From positions 133,664 through 197,663 of the forward strand of contig CAITNM010000026.1 in assembly GCA_903893805.1 (NCBI GenBank): DNA of 64,000 bases, in the 5' to 3' direction. The stretch comes from an uncultured Alphaproteobacteria bacterium (lineage in GTDB: Bacteria; Pseudomonadota; Alphaproteobacteria; Paracaedibacterales; CAITNM01). How positions within the stretch are numbered: the first letter of the stretch is position 1; every line of letters starts with the position of its first letter. This document shows positions 49,801 to 59,755 of the stretch, piece after piece. The position numbers were made by a program, and so were the translations under genes. The notes beneath the pieces were generated by a model, which saw only the letters and a list, made by a program, of their open reading frames with translations, did not search any database and was not told the DNA's origin.

Positions 49801-51301
49801 TTTGAATTGGTGCTGTTGCACTAGTTATAACACGGCTAACAAATCGTTCGTCATCAAGTCCAAAATGAAAATCTTTCCATTGTTCAAAGGGTGTATCTGT
49901 AGGGCTAATTTTTGCTTCTAATATAGCCTGCCTGTCATTAACTGCAGCTCCATAAAGGTAATGAGCATTTAAGGTGCACACTTGTTCAGAGCCCAGTTTT
50001 GAAACTTTTTCAAGTGTAGCTAAGGTCATTTCCATTTTGTTAGGGCTAAAATCATCAACCCTGAAATTAGTGGTGCCTACAGAACTTTGAGTTGGATCAA
50101 CATAAACCTCTACAGACCACATACCAATTGGGCAATCAGTCGGTAACATGTGCTCTGTATTGTAGGTCCCAAGTGAGTTCCCTTTCACGGTTTCCCGCTT
50201 AATTTCAATTCCTTTAGGTGACTTAATAATAAATGTAAGCGGCATAACTGGGACTTGCTTTCCATGTCCGTTACGTAATATAGAGACGATGTTGACTTTT
50301 TCATCAGGACGATAAATTCCTCGCTCACAAAAAACCATTGCATCGTAATCATTTTGTATTACGCGTCCTTTTACACCGCGATCGCTAAAATCAAAACTTG
50401 CTGCTTTTAATGATATAAAACTGAATCCTAGCTCCTCATTTTTAGCAAAGATAGCTACGGGTTTTTTCCCTGCTTTGCCGTTTAGCAGTTCTTTTGAAAA
50501 CTCAGCAAATCCATTTTCATCAGTTACTGCCGTTGCTATCACGTCATTATCTGCGCTAATTAATTCAAGCTGAATATTTTTCAATGATTTTGCATTTGAA
50601 AATGCGCGCGCATGAATCAGTAGTGTTTGATCGCTCTGAAAAGTTGTAAGGCCTATATCAGTGACGATGAACCATTGATCAGATACCTCTGCATTATAGT
50701 ATTGAAGAACGCCTTTTTGTCTTACTTCTAGTACATAAACACCTGGTTTTAATTCTGGAACAAGGGTTGTTGCTTCAAGATTTTTTGTAATAGTTTGATT
50801 CGGTTTTGCTTTCCCATCAAAATCAATAGTTGTTGAAACTATTTTTTCAGCGCTTCCAAGTTCGTAGGAACGAGTCATTAAACTGTTCATATGACCAATA
50901 ATTCCACGGTCTGGTATGCGATATAAGGTTGCTTGTGCTGTATCTATATTAATGGTTCTCACCGGGAGGCAAATTTTTTCTTGTTTTGGGTAAATATAGG
51001 TATTGTTCGGGAAATTAATTCTTGGTTTTAGGTCTTTTACAAAAAATCCTATTTCTGAAGCAGTATCAGTTTTTTCATCTAAAATACCGGTTATACCTGC
51101 TCTTGTTTTAACGCTATATTCTATGCCAGCTTGAAACCCTGAAATAGATATTTTGGAACCCTCAGCATGGACAAAACCGTCAACCTTAGGAGAAATTTCT
51201 ATGTAATTTTCTGGTTGTTCTAAATTCAAGGGTTGCGAAAAATTAAGGCGTAAAATTGCACCTTCTGGAGTTTCTTCAACTTCATGATTTATGTATTCAA
51301 A
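46715..51301 (-). CDS. Alpha-2-macroglobulin family protein (body; frame open upstream to an in-frame TAA)
   Basis: Size and collinearity with bacterial A2M/YfhM. It has an MG1-like start EGAILRLNFSQPL, the thioester-region motif YPFGCTQQT (48032-48046) and a C-terminal receptor-like domain. There is no ATG; the track start is TTG 51229, and the frame stays open to 51301. Confidence 0.85.
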   Translation of the reverse strand, partial: FEYINHEVEETPEGAILRLNFSQPLNLEQPENYIEISPKVDGFVHAEGSKISISGFQAGIEYSVKTRAGITGILDEKTDTASEIGFFVKDLKPRINFPNNTYIYPKQEKICLPVRTINIDTAQATLYRIPDRGIIGHMNSLMTRSYELGSAEKIVSTTIDFDGKAKPNQTITKNLEATTLVPELKPGVYVLEVRQKGVLQYYNAEVSDQWFIVTDIGLTTFQSDQTLLIHARAFSNAKSLKNIQLELISADNDVIATAVTDENGFAEFSKELLNGKAGKKPVAIFAKNEELGFSFISLKAASFDFSDRGVKGRVIQNDYDAMVFCERGIYRPDEKVNIVSILRNGHGKQVPVMPLTFIIKSPKGIEIKRETVKGNSLGTYNTEHMLPTDCPIGMWSVEVYVDPTQSSVGTTNFRVDDFSPNKMEMTLATLEKVSKLGSEQVCTLNAHYLYGAAVNDRQAILEAKISPTDTPFEQWKDFHFGLDDERFVSRVITSATAPIQTGKSELKIEIPSDLSCSKALSVDLTARLVDTTSSQQANTSTTLLTHPYIVGIREKADHPSKNIELEIIAVDNNGSLVAVEDLEYTLFKSEAHYQWYKDRGSSWSYQRIYQDKPLKKGSITAKANKPTSLNFKGKLATNYAIEIKHKDGRKLAKYRIGQQYSCQKDRPDTLNITPETKVTKLGEPAILKVFAPFDGEAIIIAGLNSIQLKDTAHLKKGMNILKVPTHESWGSGAYVMVSLVRALDKKTAGIQAKRAVGIQWIQIDSGDHTLKIKIDLPEKIKPQTQLKVPVHIENISNHDARLMIAIVDEGVMGLTNFKTPDPIEHFFGQRQLGLEMHDVYGYIIDPVDADVMDMRSGGDGIMLRRGAFVPKVNDKVLSFFDGDVHLDANGKAEISMDIPVFFGKLRVYAVAITNEKMGSQSGKVVVKDDLIVDPNLPSFLTVDDENDLNIRLENTTDHSIECQINISLEKAFEPTSKKQTITLAPKEQKRLSISAQAKQIGEGVIQVEVKGEGISYQNSTSIEVRSAYQPILVSQKQEIKSKEIAECKLEFKGLHILQTQADLFLTNQGPWNVGKIKRWLLNYPFGCTQQTISKGFAAIFGLKQSKDETSNPDNIEYMRICYEAIETLNERQNSTGGWGFWIRDNDDFNITAYALEMLTYAQNTSLTVPKAIVKNALDFAKRQINSIDWKIKQGREKADNIAWLVKLCAISQEIDTATIRYCFDEYFDKCETAIAKSMFIATVASIQDLTRVQKGIQQLQTIIEKGISLDEAAAIASHLSSFRTIKTINQLVETLEEVLNKGIDQDITRLNTQTLAMLLKANVDSALTTTKNIKVKINQKSYNEKNFVSHTLNPLQDVTIENIGDDSVWLFVNAYGIPSEPGDKKENGIKIIRTFYKPDGTKINNENIILGERVIVVLEGTVENVAVEGYWLISDWLPAGFTHSNTISNYEWLKDVKDGSTVQKRHDRYVASWRQPTNAGAFKMAYEVIATHTGKFQQPGLYVENMVNPAQYAMYTPLTITVKEKSDS

Positions 51302-51808
51302 TTATAAAATGTCTTTGAATCTTGAGTCTTCAGTTCTTAATTTTTCAATTGGGTAAAGTTTTTTTATTTCTTCTAAGCTGCACCATGAATTTTGTGTAAA
51401 ATACAGCAACAAAGCCTGTAATTTTTGAATATTTGAAATACTGTGCGTATATGCTAAATAGGCTGCATATTCGCAGAGCTGACTGTATTCATAATTTCTT
51501 TTTTTAATATTTTTTGCGCCATGATAAGCAAAAAGTGCTACATCAATTAAAGTTGCTGCGTCTTTGTGTGCAGAGGTTAAAATGACTTTTGACTTTTCTA
51601 AGCCTTTTACCCATTGTTTTTCTTTAAAAATTTCTTCTAATTCTTTTTTTGCTTTTTTGTATTCGTTTTTATCAGCAGGGGGGAATTCTTCAGAGATTTC
51701 ATCGATAAAATTTTTGACATTCTTTACGGCATGCTCGGGGAAATGAAATTCAGCTGCTAGTGGAAGGAAACAACACAATACAGTAAGTGCAAGGATACGA
51801 AAAAACAT
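51302..51808 (-). CDS. Signal-peptide-bearing helical protein, in frame with and probably the N-terminus of the A2M gene
   Basis: MFFRILALTVLCCFLPLAAEF signal. Its TAA (51302-51304) is in the same frame as the A2M body, with no gap. Confidence 0.6.
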   Translation of the reverse strand: MFFRILALTVLCCFLPLAAEFHFPEHAVKNVKNFIDEISEEFPPADKNEYKKAKKELEEIFKEKQWVKGLEKSKVILTSAHKDAATLIDVALFAYHGAKNIKKRNYEYSQLCEYAAYLAYTHSISNIQKLQALLLYFTQNSWCSLEEIKKLYPIEKLRTEDSRFKDIL

Positions 51809-51822
51809 GAGTAAGCCATGTA

Positions 51823-53151
51823 TTAATTTCTCTTGTCTAGAACCTTAGCACGATGATTCCAGGTTAGTGCAAAGAAAAAAGCACTAAGTAATGCACAAAC
51901 TGCAATAGAGGCAAATGCCGTATCCCAACCTGAGTTATCAACAATCTTTCCAATGCCGTATCCTGCTACAGCAGCGCCAAGATAGCCGACTGTTCCTGTC
52001 AGGCCAGTAGCTGCACCCGCAGCTTTTTTAGAAGCAAAATCAGCGGCTGCGACGCCAACTAAAATCTGTGGTCCTGTGACTAAAAATCCAATAAGCATCA
52101 TACCAAGAAAATGCTGCCATTTTTGGTCAACAGGCGACTGCCATAAGAATACAATGCTTATTGCTAAGACGATCATGTATAAAAATCCTACACGTCCGCG
52201 CCTTCCTTCAAATACTTTGTCTGACAAATATCCGGCGATAAGACCTCCAAACATCCCGGCAATATCAAACATCGCTGCTTGCCATCCGGCTAGTTTAAGG
52301 CTGCTACCTTTGAATTCTTGCAGAAATGTGGGCGCCCAATAGAGCACAAACATGCGTACTATGTAGACAAAAAAGTTTGCTCCGCAAACGTACCAAACAA
52401 GCTTATTTTGTGCTACTTGAAGAAAAATTTCCTTGGTAGTTAATTTGTTATCATCAATTTCATGTGCTTCAACAAGACCATGATGATTTTCTATTGGTGG
52501 CAATCCAAGTGATTCCGGGGAATCGCGCAGTCTATTTAATAGAAAAAAAGCAACACCTACGCATAAAACAGCAGGAACATAAAAAACATATCTCCATCCG
52601 AATATTTCCATAATGTAAGGTGATGCAATAAGAACTGCTGCACCACCAATTTGTTGAGATGTATTCCAAAGTGCCCACTTTGTACCAATTTCTTTAGGGC
52701 TAAACCAATGGGTTAAAAGTCGCGCACATGGTGGCCATCCCATTGATTGAAAACACTGATTAAATATGTATAGGACTGATAACATTATCCAAGTGGAGCT
52801 AAATCCCAAACAAAAGCTAACTATTGCTGAGCCTAATAACCCTGCACTCATGAAATAACGTGCATTACTACGGTCACCTAGTAACCCTGTTATGCCTTTT
52901 CCTAGCCCATACAAAATAGCACCAGCGGAAATGATAATGCCTATTTCAGCTTTTGTGTATCCAAGTTCAGACTGTAAATAAGGAATTGCCATGGTGAAGT
53001 TTGTGCGTAACAGGTAAAAGGCTGCGTACCCGATCATCATTGACAACATAATTCTGCGACGCCAGTACGAATATGTACGACCATCACCAGCAACTTTATT
53101 TAATGTACTGCCTGAAATTTCTTCTGTATGCGCAACGAAAGATTGGACCAA
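51823..53151 (-). CDS. MFS organophosphate:Pi antiporter (GlpT/UhpC family)
   Basis: Collinear with GlpT: YAAFYLLRTNF, GDRSNARYF, QSMGWPPCARLLTHWF, LGLPPIE. Confidence 0.85.
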   Translation of the reverse strand: MVQSFVAHTEEISGSTLNKVAGDGRTYSYWRRRIMLSMMIGYAAFYLLRTNFTMAIPYLQSELGYTKAEIGIIISAGAILYGLGKGITGLLGDRSNARYFMSAGLLGSAIVSFCLGFSSTWIMLSVLYIFNQCFQSMGWPPCARLLTHWFSPKEIGTKWALWNTSQQIGGAAVLIASPYIMEIFGWRYVFYVPAVLCVGVAFFLLNRLRDSPESLGLPPIENHHGLVEAHEIDDNKLTTKEIFLQVAQNKLVWYVCGANFFVYIVRMFVLYWAPTFLQEFKGSSLKLAGWQAAMFDIAGMFGGLIAGYLSDKVFEGRRGRVGFLYMIVLAISIVFLWQSPVDQKWQHFLGMMLIGFLVTGPQILVGVAAADFASKKAAGAATGLTGTVGYLGAAVAGYGIGKIVDNSGWDTAFASIAVCALLSAFFFALTWNHRAKVLDKRN

Positions 53152-53190
53152 ACTCTACTCAAGCTCCTTGGGGCTAAAATTTATCTACAG

Positions 53191-55358
53191 TCACAGCGTA
53201 TCAGAAACAATATTTTTTATAAAGTTACCAAATATTGGAAGTGCTACAGTGGCGCCTCCCTTGCCATCTCCAAGATTTTTTGGTTTTAAAAATCCAACAA
53301 ATACTCCAATTACAAGAGGATTGTCATCTTGATAAATTGTTTCTGGAATACTAACGCTACCTATAAACCAAGCGTCGTGGTTACTATTTGTTGTGCCGGT
53401 TTTTCCACGAATTTTAACACCATGTGCACGTTCAAGCGGTAAAAGAGATTTTCCTGTTCCATGCGTAATGACAGCTCGTAGCATTTCAAGAAGTCCAAAG
53501 ATAGCTGAAGCTGAAGCAAGCCGTTGATAGCTGGTCATAGTAGTTACAGGAACAACCATCAGAGCATGTTGCTTTTCCAAACAACAAGAGGCCACATTTT
53601 TATTATAAGTGAAATTTTTCTCTGAGCGAAGGCATTGTAAAATTTTGGTTTTAAGTGGTGGCCACCATTAAAAATCATTGCATAGGCACTTGTAAGTTTT
53701 AGCAGTGTTGTTTCTTTTGAGCCCAATATTATAGACGGATGTTTTGATACGTTACTATAAATTTCAAATAATTCAGCTATATCTTGAATGTGTTCAAGTC
53801 CTGTGTCCAATCCAAGCTGTATAGAAGACAAGTTATGAGAATAGGCCAAGCTGTTTTTTACAGTTACAAAACCGTGTGTTTTTTTGTCGATATTTTTTGG
53901 TTTGTAAATCTCTCTTCCGTTATTAAGCAGCATAGTGATAGGTTCATCGTTGATAATGTTATTGGGATTAATGCCGTGTTCTAATGCTGCTAAATATACA
54001 AAAGGTTTAAAGCTAGAGCCTGGTTGTCGTGTTGCTTGTATTGCACAGTTAAAAGGATTCGTGATGTGGCTCCAACCACCAACTAGAGCCAGAACTTGTC
54101 CAGTTCGTGCTTCCATTACAACAATTGCTCCATTTACTTCAGGAATCTGCCGTATGTGCGCTTTCTCATTTTTAACTTCAACTAATATCACATCACCTTT
54201 AATCAAGGGTGTTTCAAAAGCCCATCCAGTAGCATCTAAAGGTAATGTTTGTTTATTTTGTAGTTGTATAAATGGTTTTTCATTTTTAAAATCCACAATA
54301 GATTTTTGATAGTTTTCAGGGCAGTCGGAAACTAATATTTTATTTAAATCATCAATAGAATATTTATCTCCTAAGTTAGCAATAGGTTTATAAAAATTTT
54401 TTTGCGTTAAATCGTATTTTAACAAACCGTCTCTTAGTGCTTTTTGAGCAGCTTGTTGAAACCGTATATCCATACAACTAAAAATTTCTAACCCTGAGGT
54501 TATGTTAAGTTGAGGCATTTCCTTAGCAAGAGCTTCCCGCAAAGAGGTTGTGTAATATCCATAGTTTATGGGGCTGTTTTCTTCGTGGTGAAATTCAACT
54601 GGTTGCTTAGCTGCTGATAGGGCTTCTTCAGTGGAAATATAGCCCTGTTCTGAAAGTGCTTGAATGATAGCGTCGCGTCTAGTTTTAAGTTTTTGTGCAT
54701 TTTTGGATAATTGTGCCGGGGCTTTCGGTAATGCAGCAAGCAAAGATGCTTCGCTAATTGTAAGTTCTTCTACACTTTTTTTAAAATAGTTTAAGGAAGC
54801 TGCCTGCAGACCATAAGCTCCATTTCCTAAATAAATTTGATTTAAATAAAGTTCTAAAATTCGATCTTTGCTGAGCTGACGTTCTATTGAAAGGGTAGCA
54901 AAAGCTTCTCGAAACTTTCGTAAAAAACTCTTTTCATTACCTACTAAAAAGTTCTTAGTTACTTGTTGCGTAATTGTGGAGGCACCTACCAGATTTTGCT
55001 GAGATTTTTTATGTATAAGATTTTGAAAAAGTGCGCGTAAGATGCGCAGAGGATCAATTCCTGGATGGTAATAAAAGTTCTTATCTTCAGCCACTAAAAA
55101 TGCAGCAATTACTTTTTCCGGAATATTTTCAATTTTCAAATTCAGTCGGTGAACAGGCGCAAACTCATGAAAAAGACAAAAATGTCGATCATAAACTCTC
55201 GTAAGTTCTGGGGCTTGGTAGTCATTTAAAAAATCAGAATTAGGTAGCCCAGGTTTTAAGTGCCAGTAAATATATCCGATTGTTCCTGTTACGATTACTC
55301 CCGTTAGAATTAAGCATATTCCCAGTTTTAAAAAAATTCTTGCAAATGCATTGTACAT
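53191..55358 (-). pseudogene. Class A penicillin-binding protein (PBP1A-like), frameshifted
   Basis: The 599-aa ORF has GT51 motifs (AEDKNFYYHPGID, GASTITQQ, RKFREA) and SSFK. The 134-aa ORF carries KTGTT. Both frames are open over 53559-53674, so one indel there splits the gene. Confidence 0.8.
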
Positions 55359-56129
55359 CTACGGTATTGCTTTGTTGAAAAGTGTGAAGAAATTCTTCGT
55401 TGTTACCTCCGCAACTTCTTCAAGTGATACTTCCTTTAACTCAGCAACCATTTTTGCCACAAAAAGTGTGAATGCTGGTTCATTACGGCGTCCACGATGG
55501 GGAATGGGTGCTAAAAAAGGTGAATCTGTTTCTACTAGTATTCTATCAAGTGGAGTAAATTTAACTGCTTCGCGTAGCTCTTCTGCTTTTTTGAAAGTGA
55601 TAATTCCCGAGAATGATATGTACAGTCCGCGATCAAGGCCTTGTTTAGCAAATTCAGTTGAGCCGCTAAAGCAATGAAAAACTCCTTTTGCATTAGGATT
55701 TTCATCAAGGCATGAAAGTGTATCTGTATCTGCGTCGCGGGTGTGAATAATTACGGGTAAATCCAGCTCAATGCCTGTGTTTAAATGCATGTTAAAACAC
55801 TCGATTTGAGCTTTTTCGTCACTATTGTTATAGTAATAGTCCAGCCCTGTTTCGCCCAAAGCAACAACTTTAGGGTGCTTTGCATGGGTTTTAAGTTGTT
55901 TAATAAGACTTGGATCGTTGTAATCCTTGCTGTCATGGGGATGAACCCCAACACTGCAAAAAATATTAGCGTTGGCTTCTGCAATGCGCTGTATATCAAG
56001 ACTTTCTGACAAACGCGTATTGACGGTCAGCATGTAACTAATGCCTTGATCATGGGCATTTTTAATGACTTGATCTAAATCTTGTTTAAAATCCGGATAA
56101 TTTAAGTGACAATGGCTATCAACAAGCAT
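55359..56129 (-). CDS. tatD: TatD-family metal-dependent hydrolase
   Basis: VDSHCHL, GETGLDYY, IHTRDA, ETDSPFL. Confidence 0.9.
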   Translation of the reverse strand: MLVDSHCHLNYPDFKQDLDQVIKNAHDQGISYMLTVNTRLSESLDIQRIAEANANIFCSVGVHPHDSKDYNDPSLIKQLKTHAKHPKVVALGETGLDYYYNNSDEKAQIECFNMHLNTGIELDLPVIIHTRDADTDTLSCLDENPNAKGVFHCFSGSTEFAKQGLDRGLYISFSGIITFKKAEELREAVKFTPLDRILVETDSPFLAPIPHRGRRNEPAFTLFVAKMVAELKEVSLEEVAEVTTKNFFTLFNKAIP

Positions 56130-56183
56130 TAATGTTTAAAAATAAGATTTTCTTTAATCTAACTAAATTTGAAGAGTAGCGCT

Positions 56184-57353
56184 ATGGCACAACAATATTT
56201 GTTTACGAGTGAATCTGTTTCTGCTGGGCATCCAGATAAAGTCTGTGACCAGATTTCTGACTTAATCGTTGATATGTACCTTGAGAAAGATCCTGAGGCT
56301 CGTCTTGCGATTGAAACTCTAGCAACGACAAACCGTGTTATTATTGCCGGTGAATACCGTTCAAAAATAGCTATTTCTGAAAGTGAAATAGAAGGTGCTA
56401 TTCGTGAACTTGTTTGTGAAATTGGTTATGAACAAGAAGGATTCCACCATGAACGGCTTCAAATTTCTAATTATTTGCATGAGCAATCGGCTGATATTGC
56501 CGTAGGAGTTGACGCTTCTCATGATAAAGATGAAGGAGCCGGTGACCAAGGAATTATGTTTGGCTACGCTTGTGATGAAACAGAATCCTTTATGCCTGCC
56601 ACTTTGTATTATTCTCACCGAATTTTGCAAAATTTACACAAAGCTCGGGTTGAAGACTACCAAGATATATTGGGCCCCGATGCAAAATCTCAAGTAACGC
56701 TTTTGTATCAAGATGGCAAACCCATCCGTGCGCACAAGGTGTTACTATCTACTCAACACGCAGCAGACGTTTCACTGGAAAAAATTCGTGAAATTGCATT
56801 GCCTATTTTAGAAAATAGTTTGCCAAAAGGATGGATGCCGGCGAAAGAAGATATTTTGATAAACCCCACTGGAAGATTTGTTATTGGTGGTCCAGATGGT
56901 GATACAGGCCTGACTGGCAGGAAAATTATTGTTGATACTTACGGTGGCGCAGCTCCTCATGGGGGAGGGGCCTTTTCAGGAAAAGACCCAACAAAAGTTG
57001 ATAGATCAGGTGCGTACATGATGCGTTATTTGGCGAAAAATATTGTAGCATCTGGTTTGGCAGAGCGTTGCACTTGTCAAGTTGCTTACTCTATTGGTCT
57101 TGCAAAGCCACTGTCATTATACCTTACGACGCACCGCACTGGGAAAGTGGATGATCAGGCTATTTTAGAGTGGGCATTGAAAAATGTTGATTTGCGTCCA
57201 CAAGCTATTCGTGAACGCTTAAATTTAAATAGTCCTATCTATTTACGCACAGCTTCTTATGGACATTTTGGGCGTTCCCCACAAGAAGATGGTGGATTTT
57301 CCTGGGAAAAGACTGATTTGACAGATCAGCTGGAGAAATTACTTCCTAAATAG
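56184..57353 (+). CDS. metK: S-adenosylmethionine synthetase
   Basis: [28 protein letters not shown]. The start is set at ATG 56184. Confidence 0.95.
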   Translation: MAQQYLFTSESVSAGHPDKVCDQISDLIVDMYLEKDPEARLAIETLATTNRVIIAGEYRSKIAISESEIEGAIRELVCEIGYEQEGFHHERLQISNYLHEQSADIAVGVDASHDKDEGAGDQGIMFGYACDETESFMPATLYYSHRILQNLHKARVEDYQDILGPDAKSQVTLLYQDGKPIRAHKVLLSTQHAADVSLEKIREIALPILENSLPKGWMPAKEDILINPTGRFVIGGPDGDTGLTGRKIIVDTYGGAAPHGGGAFSGKDPTKVDRSGAYMMRYLAKNIVASGLAERCTCQVAYSIGLAKPLSLYLTTHRTGKVDDQAILEWALKNVDLRPQAIRERLNLNSPIYLRTASYGHFGRSPQEDGGFSWEKTDLTDQLEKLLPK

Positions 57354-58062
57354 TAATCTTAAATCCAGCGGTTTTTGCATCATCGTAAAAAAGTTGCACT
57401 GTTTCTAAGCTAAATTCAGTTAGGTCTTTATCATAAAGGCTAAGCTTATTTAAAATATCTGGGGTGGCTGTAATGATTTCGCAGCCCACCTCATCTGCTT
57501 GAAATACATTTAATACTTCACGTGGGCTTGCCCACAATAATTCGCAACCAGCACAATTTTTTGTAAGCTCTTTTGATTTCTTCATAATGGGCATTGGGTC
57601 ACGACCTGTATCAGCAATTCTACCAGCAAACACTGATACAATTGACGGAACATTATTTTGCAAATTCTCCATAACTTCTTTAACTTGCTCAACCGTAAAA
57701 ATAGCAGTGACATTTAATTTCACGCCTTTTTGAGAAAGCTCTTTTATAATCTTGGCTGTGGATTCGCCCTTGGTGTTAGTAACAGGAATTTTTACATAAA
57801 CATTTTTGCCCCAAGAAGCTATCTCAAGGCCTTGATCAATCATGCCTTGGTGGTCGTCTGCAAAAATTTCAAACGAAATTGGTTTATTTCCAATTAACTG
57901 CAAGCTTTTAAGTGCGAATTCTTTGTAATTTGTTGTGCCAGATTTGCGCATAAGACTGGGGTTTGTGGTAAATCCTTTGATCCAATCAAACGGTGCCATT
58001 TTTTCAATGACTTTTAAATCTGCTCCATCAACATAAAGTTGCACTTTTAAACTCGCCTGCAT
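57346..58062 (-). CDS. Transaldolase / fructose-6-phosphate aldolase family protein
   Basis: FTTNPSL, KIPVT, 238 aa. Confidence 0.8.
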   Translation of the reverse strand: MQASLKVQLYVDGADLKVIEKMAPFDWIKGFTTNPSLMRKSGTTNYKEFALKSLQLIGNKPISFEIFADDHQGMIDQGLEIASWGKNVYVKIPVTNTKGESTAKIIKELSQKGVKLNVTAIFTVEQVKEVMENLQNNVPSIVSVFAGRIADTGRDPMPIMKKSKELTKNCAGCELLWASPREVLNVFQADEVGCEIITATPDILNKLSLYDKDLTEFSLETVQLFYDDAKTAGFKITI

Positions 58063-58202
58063 GAAATTTTAATCCTTTCTTGATTAAGCTAAAGCTTAGC
58101 ATACAAGGAAAGGAATTTAAAATTGGAATGTAATTGAGTCATTGCAAAAAGCTTGAATATTGGTTATATGTTTCTCTTTATTATTTTTGATAAACATACA
58201 AA

Positions 58203-59066
58203 ATGACTAGATATAATTCTCTATTAATATTTTCTTTTGCAGTGTTATTGAATAGTTCTTTAGAAGCTATGGTTCGTTTCGAGATGGTTCCAAGAACACT
58301 TTATGGGCGCTTTTCCTCTAGCGCCTCTCTTCCTTTTTCTTATGGTAATGCGTCAAGTGAAGTCGCGCGCCAGGCAACGTTTGTATACGAAAAATACTAT
58401 ACTGTGCTGAGTGATGATGCGACTGATATAAAGGAAAATATGGCTATAGTTGGTGTTTTAAATCCATGTTTTTTTGTAGGTATTAGAAATGAAGAAAATG
58501 GACGATGTGTGGTTTTTCATAAAATGGCCTGTAATAGCATTGATTCCTTAATAGAAACTGCGAAGCAGGAATTGCAAATTAAGAAAGTTGATGGTCAGCG
58601 CTTGCAGGCGCATATATTCTCTAATAGCATGTCTTTTCATAAGGATATGTTGCTGAGTGGAAGAGCTTGTTATGACTGCGTTCTGATAAATGGAGAAACC
58701 TTTCGTGACCGTCATGATGGCAAGAGTCACCATGAAGAAATGATATTTATAAAAAACTCATTACTGTCAGGAATGGGTATAGATGAAAGCCGAATTAAGG
58801 CTCACATATTTGAACCTAGTTCATATTCCTCTGCTGCGTTATCAGTTCTAGTTGATAGTAAGTTGCAATTACAGAGTATATGCATTGCACGAGAGAAAGT
58901 TTTTGGTGGTTATTTTGAACCAGTTGAAGATTTTAAAGAAGAAGATACATTAGGAGTCAGAGCAACTTTTTTGGAAGCGTTAGATTCAGCGTATTTTAAA
59001 GATTACAAATCTGTGTACAATACTCTGCCATTTGTGAAACTAGTAGGTAATTTCAAGAAAGTATAA
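58203..59066 (+). CDS. Hypothetical secreted protein (orphan)
   Basis: Signal-like N-terminus MTRYNSLLIFSFAVLLNSSLEA. No family recognised. Confidence 0.45.
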   Translation: MTRYNSLLIFSFAVLLNSSLEAMVRFEMVPRTLYGRFSSSASLPFSYGNASSEVARQATFVYEKYYTVLSDDATDIKENMAIVGVLNPCFFVGIRNEENGRCVVFHKMACNSIDSLIETAKQELQIKKVDGQRLQAHIFSNSMSFHKDMLLSGRACYDCVLINGETFRDRHDGKSHHEEMIFIKNSLLSGMGIDESRIKAHIFEPSSYSSAALSVLVDSKLQLQSICIAREKVFGGYFEPVEDFKEEDTLGVRATFLEALDSAYFKDYKSVYNTLPFVKLVGNFKKV

Positions 59067-59129
59067 AGAAGCTAAGTTTTTTCTGAAGGGTTAGTATCTC
59101 ACGAAAAACGAATTAAAATGAAAAAACAG

Positions 59130-59155
59130 ATGAGAGGAATAACCCTCTCATTTTT
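59130..59155. terminator. Bidirectional hairpin terminator between the orphan gene and greA
   Basis: atgagagg-aataac-cctctcat, flanked by an A-run upstream and a T-run downstream. Confidence 0.7.
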
Positions 59156-59630
59156 AGATGTATTCAATTTTTTTGATATCGTAGCCTTTACCGCCATTTG
59201 GTGTTACCACTTCAACAGAAGTATTTGCTGTTTTTCCTATAAGCGCACGCGCTAAAGGTGACGTTATGGATAATAATCCCTTTTTAATGTCTGATTCATC
59301 ACTACCAACAATCTGGTATGTCACGATCTCATCGCTATCGTCATCATGCAACGTTACTGTTGCTCCAAATTTAATGTAGTCTCCCGTAATTTTGGAAGGC
59401 TCTATAACATCAGCGCGGCTTACTTTGTCTTCTAATTCAGAAATTCTACCCTCTATGAAACCTTGTCGTTCACGGGCAGCATGGTATTCTGCATTTTCAG
59501 AAAGATCGCCATGTTCGCGTGCATCAGCGATGGCTTTAATAACAGCAGGACGTTCAGTATTCTTTAAATGACGCAATTCTTGCTCAAGGGTGATATATCC
59601 TTGCTGTGTCATTGGTATTTTCTTTTCCAT
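59154..59630 (-). CDS. greA: Transcription elongation factor GreA
   Basis: [15 protein letters not shown], 158 aa. Confidence 0.95.
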   Translation of the reverse strand: MEKKIPMTQQGYITLEQELRHLKNTERPAVIKAIADAREHGDLSENAEYHAARERQGFIEGRISELEDKVSRADVIEPSKITGDYIKFGATVTLHDDDSDEIVTYQIVGSDESDIKKGLLSITSPLARALIGKTANTSVEVVTPNGGKGYDIKKIEYI

Positions 59631-59755
59631 AGCAACCTTATTTTTTGCTCATATAAGTAAGAATTATAGCAGAGGGACGTTTGTCAAATTAAGCAATAAA
59701 TTTTATTTTCTTTGGGCAAATACCTCTTTATGGCATAAATGCAACATTTCTTGAT

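Noticed and set aside
43918-51304. Possibility that TAA is a reassigned sense codon, which would explain both in-frame TAAs
   Set aside because: TAA terminates many clearly complete genes in this window at conserved C-termini, for example the DUF1003 gene, pal, recN-neighbour genes and the A2M gene itself. Genetic-code reassignment is therefore not supported.
56130-56183. SAM riboswitch upstream of metK
   Set aside because: The spacer is only 54 nt, AT-rich, and lacks the conserved pseudoknot or stem elements. It is too short for any SAM riboswitch class.
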